A DNA stretch of 64,000 nt, taken from the NCBI GenBank assembly GCA_038496445.1, contig JALMLS010000015.1, positions 1 through 64,000 on the forward strand, in the 5' to 3' direction. Shown here piece by piece: positions 28,220 through 40,819 of the stretch (positions within the stretch are counted from its first letter, which is position 1; every line of letters begins with the position of its first letter). The notes under the pieces are model-generated. The model was not told the origin of the DNA and did not search any database. It saw only the letters and a program-made list of their open reading frames with translations. The DNA comes from Trichosphaerium sp. ATCC 40318. Lineage: Eukaryota > Protista > Tubulinea. A program made the position numbers and the translations under genes.

Positions 28220-29543
28220 TCACGCTATTATACATGTACTTTGATTGCTTGTTTTACTTGTATCATTATGTTTTGGTATCGAAATATCGTCGAGGCATAC
28301 GTTGAACTGGGTTAAGATAAATGTTTGCCAGGGTCTTGGGATCATGCCCCAATGCTCATGTTTAGGTGCATCTTTCGTAACCAATCTGAATTCTAGTGGC
28401 CCATTTACAATGACATCAATATCTTTGCTCCATGAGAATAAGCATCCACCTGTCCATGATTCGAAGGAATTCAGTTCTATGATGTAGACATTATCATTGT
28501 TATCAACATAGAAGTCTATAACATAATTCTCATGATTTGATAGCGCTTGTTTGAAATGTTTTTCAAAAGCTGATTTAACAACCTGTTGCAGGTGATCCTG
28601 TACAAAAGGCGTAAGGTTAAGAAAAGTCAACTTTCAGAGAAAAGTTAAAAATAAACCGTGCCTTCTTCGTTACAAGAGATTCATAGCAGGTTAAATAGTC
28701 GTACTGAGATAACGCGTTCAGCTTATTATTGCATACAAATCCCCTAAATTCGCGTTCAGGATGCTCCACTAGCACATCATCCCATGCGCGTAATACAATA
28801 CAAGTGGATAGTCCATACTGCAACAATTTATGGATGCCCATAAGATCTTCTCGCACCCGTCTACTCTGACCTAGAAGGCAAATCGCTTGCTTGCCTTCAA
28901 CATTATTAGGCACGTGATTAATTTAATTTTAGAATCTTACCAGTTGTGATTCTGGACGTTTTTGCAAGAGCAATGAGTAGCCCACTGAGTGCTTCTTTCG
29001 TTGCTACGGTTGGCTTGGCATCATCGTTACACTTTGATAGCCTATTTCTATCATTAACTGGGTTGAAGATGTATTTGTACCTCTTGATTTCGTCTACTAT
29101 AGATTGTTTTACATTATCATCATCAAATTCGAGAGATAGAGCGTCTTTCGGGCTTCGTGAATCAAGTTTTATGAATACACCATTGTCAAAGTTTGACAAT
29201 GCCGTGTCTATTCTTTTTGTGAGGCTACTGAGCAACTCAAGGATCTCTGCGTCAGTGATGGTATCAACGTTGCCGTTGGCATCTGTGAGAGATAGTAAAG
29301 CGTTGACATCGTTAACGTCAAGTTGTACAAACTCCGTTTTAAATGTATGGGTGCTAAGCTGATTGTACCAGCTTGTTATGCCAAAAGCGAGCCTATACTT
29401 TTGTTGGCAGTACACCCCTATGTCATTTTCTGGTACGCCTACGAGATTTAGTACGTGTAGCACTTGCTATTGTACATACCCGCTTTGATCGCGTCCTCAG
29501 GCTTAGGTACTATCGTAGAGGTATTTTTAAACGATCTAGCCAT
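28220..29543 (-). CDS. Cdc123/D123-like ATP-grasp protein ending in a CaaX motif
   Basis: FIKLDSRSPKD, EFRGFVCNNKLNALSQY, YVIDF..IIELNSF..GGCLFSW..EFR; C-terminus TCIIA*. Confidence 0.85.
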
Positions 29544-29659
29544 TTATTACTTGAAAAAAAATACTGCGCTACAAAAAACTTAACGGCATTAAGTGCCAGT
29601 CACCGTATTCCGTGTCATTTTGATATTATTTGGTATGGTACCGTCAAGAGGCTAGTGCC

Positions 29660-32600
29660 ATGTCAAAGAACAAGCATCGCTTTGTGTTTGTTGGTCCAAA
29701 TGCGTTATTATTGAAATTATTGGCCGGATATGAAGCATGCTACAAACAGACCGAAAACAAGAAAGGCAAAAGCAAGAAAGATAAAGCGCCTGAAAAACCG
29801 ACAGCACCAGATGAGGTGATGCAAACTGCCCTGAATATTACATACAAAGTAACGAAACGACCAAATAAGAAGGCAAAAATAAAAAGAGTGAAAGCGGACG
29901 TTTTTCTTATTGGAGGTACCAAATGTAAGGTAAGTGCTTTAAAACTGACCCTTACGCAGACCAAATACCAAAGACACAACGGGAAGAGACTTACAGGCGG
30001 CTAAAAAAGAACAAGACATCGCTTTTATTTTTTAGCTTTTCATACGATGACCGTAGCTCATACGATAAGATACTCAATATGGTACAAACTACCTGTTTTT
30101 TTTACACTTTACAAGTGTACTAACCAAAAAAAATACAGTGGGACGAAGAACTTACGGGAAAGGTGGAGGCAGCTAGGTTCGTATAACACCGTTAACGCGT
30201 TTTTTTTAACTGACACGCAAATAGATTACTTGTTGGGTACAAATCTTCAAAACCGTCTGTTATCACCCCTGCGGAGGTTCGTTATATAGCTAATAATGTA
30301 TTTTCGCAGTTATAAGCTTTCCTCGGGTTGTTTTGTGTACACAAAAAGTCGTACATTGAAAAAAGCCAAGGCTAGAAGGTTTTTTTTTTTGGTTTGACTT
30401 GTTTCAAAAAAAAAAAAGAAATAATGTGGTGTAAAACACAAGACACACAAAAATCTTTCTCCTAAACCGCTTTATTTTAGGCAAAGACGTTGGCTCAAAC
30501 TATATGTGCTGCAGATAGCATCATTATTAAGGAAAGCGATACAATGTCATTTGTGGGTCTTTTTGAGTATAGTTATCTAACGTTTCGACCTTCTGCTATA
30601 ATGAAATGTTTTTCTGTTGATAGTACGCGCTATAATGTCAAAGTGTACGCACAATTTCGCTAATGTTTTTCTCCTAAGATATCACAATTCCACTATTATT
30701 TAGACGCTTGTCAAAGCAACAAACCGACGACGTACGTTTTTTTTGTGTACAAAAAACCCAAATTTCTTTAATTTGTTTGTGGCTGTTGTCACAATCCATT
30801 GGTCTTCACTTGTGTTGTTTTTTTTTTCTGAACAAAAAACGTGCACGTTTTGCTTTCATGAAGATTTGGTCTCTTGTATCTATTTTTAATTTTTAAACCG
30901 CTTTACAAAAAATTATTTAGCGGTTAAACAATTATGTTTACTAATGTTAAACTGGTTTTTTGTGGATAAACCGTTAACTTTTTTTTTGTAGTGTTTATCA
31001 GCTGTTGATCTTTCCTTCAGTGGTTGGAAGCGTGAAGGTATTTTAGGGTTTGCTCGCGGTGAAGATGAGCGTATTACATCAAAACAAACATTTGAACAGC
31101 TCGTTGTATCAACACCAAAAGAAAAATTGACAAAGAAAAATATGGAACAACTCTTACTTGTTAAGGCTGGCCTTGTCAATTTTGATCCACTCTATCTAAA
31201 CGAAGACTTTTTAAAAACACTTCATACATTAGTTTTGAGTGTAAACAACATTAAGGAAGTATTTTTTAGCGGATTCAAGTAAGTGATAGACAATTACTAA
31301 ATGTAGACTTTTTTCGATATTACCTTTTTAAGTACTGATAAATCCAAAAAAAGGGGAAACAAGAATGGGATCGCTTTACATAATCTTTATGAGCTATATT
31401 TGTCTCATAATGTGCTATCAAAACTTCCACGTGATATATCATCGCTAAGGAGTTTACGTATTCTTGATTTAAATTCAAACCATATCGTCAAACTACCAAG
31501 CACACTTTTTAGTTTATGCACCCTTGAACGGCTTGACGTTTCAATGAATCAGCTGGAGCAAATACCTCCTGCTGTTGGACAGCTGTCAAATCTTGTTTAC
31601 CTTTCACTTGGTAATAATAGAATCGAGAAAGTACCTGTAGAGCTCTCTCGGTGTGTTAAGTTGCGAGAATTACATCTTCAAAACAACAAAATCAGAAAAC
31701 TTCCATTGACTCTTGGATACTTGAAGACGTCTCTTAAAAGGTTTGATATTAGCAATAATCCACTCAACCCCAAACACTTACCAAAGGAGCTTCATAAGCG
31801 TACGTGATCTGTAATTGTAAATAACGAAGTAACTTGAATCCAGGACCACATGATGTGCTAGAATTCTTGCACCAAATGTTGAAGGGCGGAGAAAAATGTT
31901 ATAGAACAAAGTTGATGTTTGTTGGACAACGTATGTTAAGACAGCATTGATTTGACGTTTGTACTCAACCTAAAATTATAGAAAACGTTGGTAAAACGAC
32001 TTGCTTGAATTCTTTCTTGAGACACGTTAACAAGAGAGGTGCTCGGTTAAGAGAATCTCAGTCAGCTCGTGGTCTACAACCAAATATGGACCCACTTTCT
32101 ACGGATGGTGTAGATATAAGTGAGATCACTCTACAAGCACAGCACTGCCTTGCAAATGGCATTGCGGAGAAGGAGAATGCTGATATTACTTTCTCAGCAT
32201 GGGATTTTGCTGGTACGACAGAGTTTCCTTGTAAGGAGGTCAAGTTTTTAATGCTTTTGTGTTAGGTCAAGAGGTTTATTACTCAACCCATAGCTTTTTC
32301 TTATCAGAGAGATCAATTTTTTTGGTGATTTATGATCTACGATACTCTCCTAGAGAATCTAGGGTTGACTACTGGCTCCATTCTGTTCGTTCTCAAGCTC
32401 CTAAATCACCAATTATTTTGGTATGTTTTTTTGTTTGTACACGTGTGGTTAATACAAAAATAAGGTTGGTACGCATTTGGATAGCCCAAAGGTTAACAAA
32501 AAGGAAGCCAAGGCTAGCATGGAGAGATTGATGCAAGTAAAGAGGTACGTGTTGATTACTAATGCCCATCAAGAGATTTTTTCTAAAAACCAATACTAGG

Positions 32601-35600
32601 AGATTTAACATTAAAGGAGCACACTGTGTTAGCTGTCTTACTGGCGCTGGGATTCCAGAACTACTGAGTGATTTGTATTTAATAGCATCCAAAGAACCTT
32701 ATATGGGTGGACAATTACCTATAAGCTATTTAATGTTAGAGGAACGTGTTGGTACGTAAATCACTGATATTTAAAGCACCCTCACTCATTTTTTTTTAGT
32801 TGTTGAGCGGAATAGGTTAAAGGAAGAAGGTCTTGAGCCTTTCATGACTTGGGACAAATTTAAGAAGATGGCTCTTTGGTGTAATATTATAAAACCACCG
32901 AGTATTGGTGAAGAACCAGAAGAGCAAGAAAGAGTGAGTGTCTTTTTTTTCTTGCTTTTCAAAAAATTGCTATTTGAAATGAAGCCTTTTGTGACGTTTC
33001 TTTTTCATCAAGGTGTTACTCCGAGCAGCTAATATGCTACATCTTCTTGGAAGTGTCATTCACTTTAAAGAATTTGGTGGTAGCCTTAGTGATATTGTAA
33101 TATTAAATCCTCAATGGTAAGACCATAAAAATCTGCTGTTACTGCTTACACTCACGTCAGGATAACCAACATACTTGCTTCTATTATAACTACAAAGAAA
33201 AACTTTGTTACTGATGGACTACTTGATGCTAAAGTACTCAAAAAGCATGTATGGGGTGTAACATATCCAGAAGAACTACATGATGCATTAGTACGTCAAT
33301 TGACATAAAAATTATAAGAACAAAAACTTACGAAGTTTCAGATTGACTTGCTGGCCTCTTTGGAGGTTATTCATCGTTTTGAAGAGCAAAAACCAGGATT
33401 CTTGTTGATCCCTTCATTACTTCCAGAGCAACGGTATGTACCTAAATAGCAGCGTTTAAGGTCTAATGAACTTTTGCTTTGTAGACCACCTCTTGATAAG
33501 ATTTGGCCGAAAACTCTCAAGCCACATCAAGCTCAGTTCTCACGACAATATGTATTTATCTTTATTCCCAACGGTTTATTTGCTCGATTTTTGGTGCGGT
33601 TACTTAAGTTTGGACGCTCCCAGTACGTAACTATTGAGAGAACCAAATACTTACTTTATTTTGAAGTGTTTACTGGAAGAATGGTATTGCCGTCTCAAGC
33701 AAGCAAGATGGCTTGGTAGCTCAAGTACTCATTGAACTCATTCCGAAGCAGGTAACGCATTAAAGTAAATTTACAAAACTTTAACAACTTGTATAGTCAG
33801 CTATGACTGTAACAGTGCGAGGAGAGTCCCATAGAGATGCTGCTGAATTTTTGAGAAACGTGATAGAGCTTCTCGATTCTTTACTCTTCCGGTGGTTCAA
33901 AATTAAATGGAGAGTATCTATGGTTTGCCCTACATGTGAACTAGAAAACAGTGATAATCCATGCTTCATCACAGCCGTACGTCTTTAGCTCTTGTTTTGA
34001 AACGCATTTGATTTGTATTCTCAGAATTTTCTTGTTCTCTAACATCTATACAGAATGAATGTGAGGAGGCTGCAGCGTTGTCTATATGGCTACTAAAGTG
34101 CAAAAACAACCATGTTGTTAGGCTTGATCAGATAGCTCCTGATATAGCCATGACTGATTTTGCTGGGCGTCAAGTAGACATGGAGGTAAGTAACAACATG
34201 AGCGTCCAGTAGGTTTCATTTATCAGCGTTACTTATTTGTTTACTATAGAAAGAAGTCACTATTATTAAAAGAATTGGTGATGGCGCACATGGTACCGTG
34301 TATAGTGGTACTTTTAACCATCAGACTGTAAGTGAACTTGTTTTGTTGTTATTTTTTTGGATTTTATTTCCACCTCATTGCACGCTTCTAAGTATGGATC
34401 AAGGTTGCTATCAAACAAATTAATACCAAAGGACGTAATAAAAAGGAAGCAAAATCCATATACAACGAATTTAGACGAGAAGTATGGATCATGAGGTGAG
34501 CAGAGAGAAAATTTACTTATTCTTTTTCATTCGAATGATGGACGCTAATCACTGCATCTTTATAGTGGTTTGCGGCACCCAAATATTGTAAATTTGATTG
34601 GGTTTTCGCTTTTCCATCCATTTTCTATGATTATGGAGCTTGTTAGCTTAGGTGATCTACATCAATTTTTAAAAACTAACGAGTTTGATTGGGCTATGAA
34701 AATGAGGTACACCTCTTTTTATTTGCTTTGTGGTGATGATGGTGGTGTCTATCAACGCTTATACTTTTTTCAGAGTTGCTTGGGACATAGGTAAAGGTAT
34801 ACAGTTTTTACATAACGTAAAACCTCCACTGTTGCACAGAGATCTAAAAAGTCCAAATGTATTGGTAAGTACACTTTCATTTAAAAACAGTTTTCTTATC
34901 CGTTCGTTTGCACGTCATGTCGTGACACCTCCCGAAGAAAAATATGTTATTGTGCGCCAAAATACTTACGTTAAGTTTAGTTAGCAGCTACGACGCCAGA
35001 CCAGCCTGCAGTGGCAAAGAGTGAGTATTTTTTTTTTGAAGTTTTCATTGAAACAAAGAAACTTAAGGTATGTTTTAGTTGCGGATTTTGGTATCTCCGG
35101 TCGTATGTTCCTTGAAAGTTTCAGATCAGAAAAAGCTCATGCTAGAGATGTTGAAAATCCAACATGGTTGGCACCTGAGATAATAAGAGAAGAGACATAT
35201 ACAACTGCTTCTGACATTTACCCTTACGGCAGTACGCATTTTTATTCAAGTATTACAGTCTCCTTTGCTCTAAGCCCCTTCTCCCTTTTGTATTTTTAAG
35301 CTGCTTTAAAAGTCTTATTTGTATTAGTAATGCTTTGGGAACTCTTGACGGCATTACATCCTTATGATGAATACAATTTTAATTTCAATGTTGATCTTGA
35401 AGATTGTATTAAAAAAGGAGGTCGCCCTACTATACCTAAGGATACACCAGAAGATTATAGTAAACTTATACAAGAGTGTTGGCATAGTAACCCAAATAAG
35501 AGACCTAATATTGAAACAATTATGAATGATAGATTACCACAACTTATAGCGCACGTGATTTTATTTTTTGTACTACTTCCGGTAATCCATAGGATTTTAC

Positions 35601-37817
35601 CTGAGATTTGCCACGAAATTTACATCTTTCAAACGTTTGTTGACTTGACCTCACTCATCTGTGTTTTAGTGTACATGCTACAGAAATACGAGCATATATA
35701 AGTAGAGTTGGCCAACACAGACAATCCACACAAGTTGTAGTTGAAGCGGGTATTACAGCGACGAGTAATGGAGCTCTTCTTGGTACGCCCTTGTACTTTT
35801 TATTAGTTGAAATATTCCCAAAACCAAGAACAAATTAACATGACCTAACTGGGTTTTTAGCGCTCAAAGAAGAAGATTTTTATGAGGAGTACGATCAAGG
35901 CACCCAAAAAGCATCCTCCATTGCTCCTTTCTCTATTTTTAAGCATAATGTTGACGTCAAGCGAAACTATCGATTTATCGCCACAAACGGTAAAGATGAG
36001 CTCTATTGTGGCGCCAGAGATGCGTCGTTAGCTGTAGTAAACGGAAAGGTACTAACATGTCAAACGAAAGAAACCTTGTTGCTTTTGAAACAAAGTCGTT
36101 GCCTTTCACTTTTTCCAGAATTATCGCTACAAGCACTGTGCTTATCTCTCTTCAGGTAAAAACTACTGTTTACTCAAATAACTTTGGTATTGGTGAGTCT
36201 AGAGTATTGTCTGTATTCTATCACCTCAATAAACCATGGATGGTTACAAACAAGAAGATTGTATGTTATCGAAATGTTTCCAAAGTACCTACTGGCGCAA
36301 GAGAACAAAGTTGGTTTATTCTTCACTCTGGCAAAAAACTGCGACGAAAATACTTTAAGATGTTTACTGAAACAATATCAATGTATGATAATGATTCAAC
36401 TGGTGTTGAAGATGCCAAGATTAAGATATCTGATTGTTACGCATATGTCGTACGTTTTTTTATAGAATAAGAAAAAAATGAGAAATATCTTCCTAAAACT
36501 TTTGTTATAGAGGGATGCATTACTTACTATTGAAGTTGGTCCAACTACCTACACATTATCATCTGATGATATGAAACTTATACACAAATGGCACCGACTT
36601 ATATGTGGAGACTATACACTTGAGGTCAGTTTTCCTTTCTTTTTCTTGTTTTTTGTTGTTAAAAACTGATTGTTTTTTGTAGTGTGGCAAGGCTTTCTAC
36701 AAGAGTCAATACAACATTATAAATACTGTACCTATGGGAAATGATCTATGGTGTTTAAATGATGATCTCAACATTGCAGTCCTGGATGCTACAAAAGAGT
36801 ATAGTCTACCAAAGTACTTGGTACGTGACGAATAATAAGAGAAAATTCAAAAAAATCAAAAAAACTCCTTTCACGTAGCCTTTGGATTTTGAACCTATTA
36901 TGTAAATTACCTGTTAATATTTATATTGTTTTGTCTCTATGAGTGCTTAACAAGTCTTTTTGTGAGCCATAATACCTCGAAAAACAACTTCAACGCTACT
37001 TTACTAACAAAACATTAGGTGGATCTGTCAAGCTATAGGCGCGAATTAAAGGGTCCTGCGAGTATGTCTGGTACTCATTCTGTGGCAAAGTGTTATAAAA
37101 ATTCTATTTGGCTCACCATAAACGAAATAATTCTATGGCTTAGAGTAGAGGACGGCAAACCGAAGGTTCAATTTTTTTTCATTTTTTCTTTTTTCTATTC
37201 TCACAAAGTTTATGCGATTACTCATTTACTTAACCTCTATTCAAGGTTGCTGATATACTACATGGTCATAATGGTCGTATATATTGCTTAGAAGTGGTTG
37301 ATGATACATTATGGTCAACTGGAGCAGATAAAACAATTCGAGTCTGGAAACAAGCAGTAAGCTCTTCTTTTTTTCAAATACGCTTACGATTACTTTGTAG
37401 AACGGAGAATTGGCTCAAATCATTCGCATTCATGACTTCATTTATACTATGCTATCATGTGATACTTGTGTATACACTGGTGGAGAAAGGTACGACACAT
37501 TACTCCTTTCAATAAATCAACATTTTTCAAAAAAAGCAAAAAAAAAGCAGACCTTTTACACTGTCCAATCAAATTTTTTGAAACAAAGATTTTTATGAGC
37601 GTTCCTGCTTACTTTGTTTATTTTAAAAAACATACCAGAAACTTATTTTTTGTTTAGTGGTATCGAAGTATGGTCAAAAGAAAAAATTGGAAATAAATAC
37701 AAAAACAAAGTTGTAATGGATTTTCCAGAACATCATGAGACACCTGTAAGAGGATTAGTAGTATCTAAAGAATCTTTATGGTCTACATCTGATGATACTA
37801 TATGCGTTTGGACTTGA
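29660..37817 (+). CDS. Roco-family kinase (LRR-ROC-COR-TKL kinase-WD40 with inserted PH-like domain), many exons
   Basis: LRRs 31380-31800; ROC KLMFVGQ|QNVGKT, WDFA|GQEVYYSTH, GTHLD; COR ILNPQW; kinase IGDGAHG, HRDLKSPN, DFG, NPTWLAPE; WD40 LWSTGADKTIRVW and LWSTSDDTICVW. Confidence 0.92.
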
Positions 37818-38087
37818 ATAATCGGCAGTTAAAGACGACAATGTACAATACAAAATGAAAAAAAATAAAAGAGAAAAAACAACCAAAAAGAAAACGCCTC
37901 AGAACTCTGTCTCTTTATAACAAATCTCCATTATATTACTGTTTTAACAATCCAGCATTATAGTAATGAATTTATATGGCTATCTAACGCTAATGTTAAG
38001 ACACAAGAGAAAAAAAGGATAAACATTCCAAAACCGAGCAAAACATTCTTGTTTTATTTGATTTTTCTTTCCGATTTCCTTGTTTGT

Positions 38088-38510
38088 TTAAAGGTAATCG
38101 TAGTAAATATCACAGTGCTTCAATTTCACTTTATCATCTTCTAAAGCTATTTTAGCTACTACATAATTAGATGATATAACAGCGCCATCTTTCACGTGAT
38201 AATCAAGCCATTTAGCGGTCATTGTTTCCTCAGTGAAATAAAAGTCTCCCATAATACTTACACCTTCAAGAAATGCCGCCTTCATCTTATCGTCGCAAGA
38301 AGAAACCCAATCTTTTATGGACTTGAACTCCAATTTTTTTGTCTCATTAATGTAAAAAGTAAAGCTGTGCTCTTTCGTGTAGATAGCGTATAGCGCAGCT
38401 GTGAGCTCTTCAAAGGTTTTAGAACGTGTTTCTGCAATCATATAAGCACGAACTGCTAGAAGAACGCGTTCACGAAGAGAGAAATGGTTAGGAGTGTATT
38501 TAGTTGCCAT
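38088..38510 (-). CDS. Intronless hypothetical protein, possible NTF2/SnoaL-like fold
   Basis: 140-aa ORF from ATG 38510; alpha then beta pattern (LYAIYTKEHSF..VVAKIALEDDKVKLKHCDIYYD). Confidence 0.55.
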   Translation of the reverse strand: MATKYTPNHFSLRERVLLAVRAYMIAETRSKTFEELTAALYAIYTKEHSFTFYINETKKLEFKSIKDWVSSCDDKMKAAFLEGVSIMGDFYFTEETMTAKWLDYHVKDGAVISSNYVVAKIALEDDKVKLKHCDIYYDYL

Positions 38511-39158
38511 GAGAGTGCGATTGCTGTTAAAAAGAAAGTTTCTTATTTTGTTAAGTTGTGAATGTGTATCACGTGAGCAATGATTACTATAAAGCACGTG
38601 GCATAATCATTTCCCTTTTTAACAAAGTCCTGACACCTCATACCGCGTGATGCAGTTCTGTCGTTTAGCGATAAACACCTCAATCGTATTATACACTCCA
38701 ACCAAAATAGTTCATAAAAGTAAGTAACCTTGTGGTACTCTACTATGTATAGCCTGTTGTGCGTAGGCCAACCAAGTGTTGCTACTATATCCGTTCTAGA
38801 GGCGTAGTGATAGACAAATACGCCAAAAAATGACACAGACAGGCGACTGAACAACATCCCATTTAGACAAATATGTATCATTTGGCAGCGAGAAACGTCA
38901 ATAAGATCACTGCAGAGTTACCCTGTTGCAACGAAATAAAGGAATACCGTTTCAAGGATAACATTAAGAACAAATACCCAAATGAATACGTTGTTCCTAA
39001 AATTACTAAATAGGCAAAATCCGTGTTGTGCTTGATTGCGCCTATCTAGGAAATGTTACGCGAGGTTTTAATTTTGTTGTACAAATGCAGGCATTGGTAT
39101 GAATTCGTGAAAGAAATCTCACCTTTTTTTAGATAAGGCATGCCACCTTTAACCCAAA

Positions 39159-40349
39159 ATGAACTTGAGCTATCACGTAGCTGCGTGTGTAGCTATTCTG
39201 GTGATACTCTTACCACTAGCAAATGCCGTTGGGCACACTAGTGATTCAGAAACACATTTCATTCCTAGCTACAGTGCAACGCTCTCCTCTGTGGGTACAG
39301 GATACGAATTACCTAGCCGGCTATACTTTAACGCCGAAACAAGCATTAAAACTCTGTACAGCAAGGATGCGTTTCACTACACTTATTACATCATCCACAA
39401 GCCATTGTATGGCTGCTTTTCGTATGGGCTACTTGACGGCAACCCGCCTTCTTGTCTCTACACTAACGCCAATATTCCACGTTGCCTTAGACTTGCGACG
39501 TACGACTTCTCGTCCACTGGGTGGCTTGCCAACGCTCACCAAAGTCGAGAAGACAGAGCCAGTGTTAAATTTACTACCAAGTGCGGAAACTCTACTGCTG
39601 GTGTTCCGCTTTGCACTGTACCTAGTTGCAGCATTGGAGAAATGGAATTGGTGATGAAGAACGGAAAACCGAAAAGCTTCGAGACAACGTGTTTAGACGG
39701 CGGTGTATACTCCGAAATGCTTACATTCGATTCATTTACGACCGACGTTAACAGAAAAGAAGACCACGACATGAGCGATGTACCTAATTTTTGTACTGTA
39801 GACAGTGGTTACCGGTGCCCTCGTTCTGGTAGCCGCAGCGTTGAAACTTTAGATATGTATAGGCTTCACTCAGGGAACTATGACATAGTGAATACAAATC
39901 TGGCTAATGCTGGCATTGTATATTATTTATGTGACTTTTTAGAGGGCACTATGACAGAGTATAGTGTGACAGTTGCAACAAACTGGACCTATTGGGCTAA
40001 GTGCAACGAAGGGAAGTGCAACTATGTCAATTGGCAGCAGGCACATGGCGTTGGAAGGCAGAATCATAGAACAAGGCATGATCCTGATTGTATTATGACT
40101 ACCACTGACGCTTTCTGGTACTCGCTTACTGAACAGGGTATGTGTCCTTCAGGTGAGTCATTTGGCTACATGGATTGCAGCTGGTTGTCTAATTATAAGA
40201 AGGGGAAATCGATAAGCACTGATTGCCTTTACAAAACTGGTGATGTTATGAAGCTTTGTCTACACATGCAAAACACAGACGATTTGAAAAAGTTTATAAA
40301 ACATGGATTTAAAGTGTGCCCCGACGTTGGTCAGCAATTTCAACATTGA
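39159..40349 (+). CDS. Intronless secreted cysteine-rich protein
   Basis: 396-aa ORF, N-terminal signal peptide (VAACVAILVILLPLANA), more than 20 Cys, WYS..G.C..CSW motif. Confidence 0.8.
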   Translation: MNLSYHVAACVAILVILLPLANAVGHTSDSETHFIPSYSATLSSVGTGYELPSRLYFNAETSIKTLYSKDAFHYTYYIIHKPLYGCFSYGLLDGNPPSCLYTNANIPRCLRLATYDFSSTGWLANAHQSREDRASVKFTTKCGNSTAGVPLCTVPSCSIGEMELVMKNGKPKSFETTCLDGGVYSEMLTFDSFTTDVNRKEDHDMSDVPNFCTVDSGYRCPRSGSRSVETLDMYRLHSGNYDIVNTNLANAGIVYYLCDFLEGTMTEYSVTVATNWTYWAKCNEGKCNYVNWQQAHGVGRQNHRTRHDPDCIMTTTDAFWYSLTEQGMCPSGESFGYMDCSWLSNYKKGKSISTDCLYKTGDVMKLCLHMQNTDDLKKFIKHGFKVCPDVGQQFQH

Positions 40350-40819
40350 AACCAATTTCCTGAGGATTTTGTTTGTAAGAAATAAATGCCTCTTCGGTTT
40401 GTTTGGCAGGTTTTTTGTAATAGCTTCTCAACACTGTTTATTTCAGTGAATTGAAGTGTACAGTTGCCACGTTCTTACGATGTCAGTCAATGGAAAATAT
40501 TTTGCAACAAAGATTTTGTTGAGGCTACAAAAATATGTATCCTTTGTTTGGTATGCCTCTCGCTTTACCATTTAATTAAGAATATGAGATTTATACGCCT
40601 TTTTGCGTACAGCACATTGAACTTGCGAAAATTGGGATGATGGTAGCTTTATTTTTTATATCTACATCACCTCGTATTGTACAGTTAAATAAAGGTCCCT
40701 TTAAAAAAAACTTTCTTGAGGGGAGAGTTGAAGTAGCCTTAAAAAAAAAATCACAACAAAAAAAAACAGAGTAAAATGTCTTTCTTAGTTGTTTGTGTCA
40801 TAAATAAATAAGCTTGTTT

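Noticed and set aside
40537-40545. GTATCCTTT U12-type donor motif
   Set aside because: Intergenic, with no exon context
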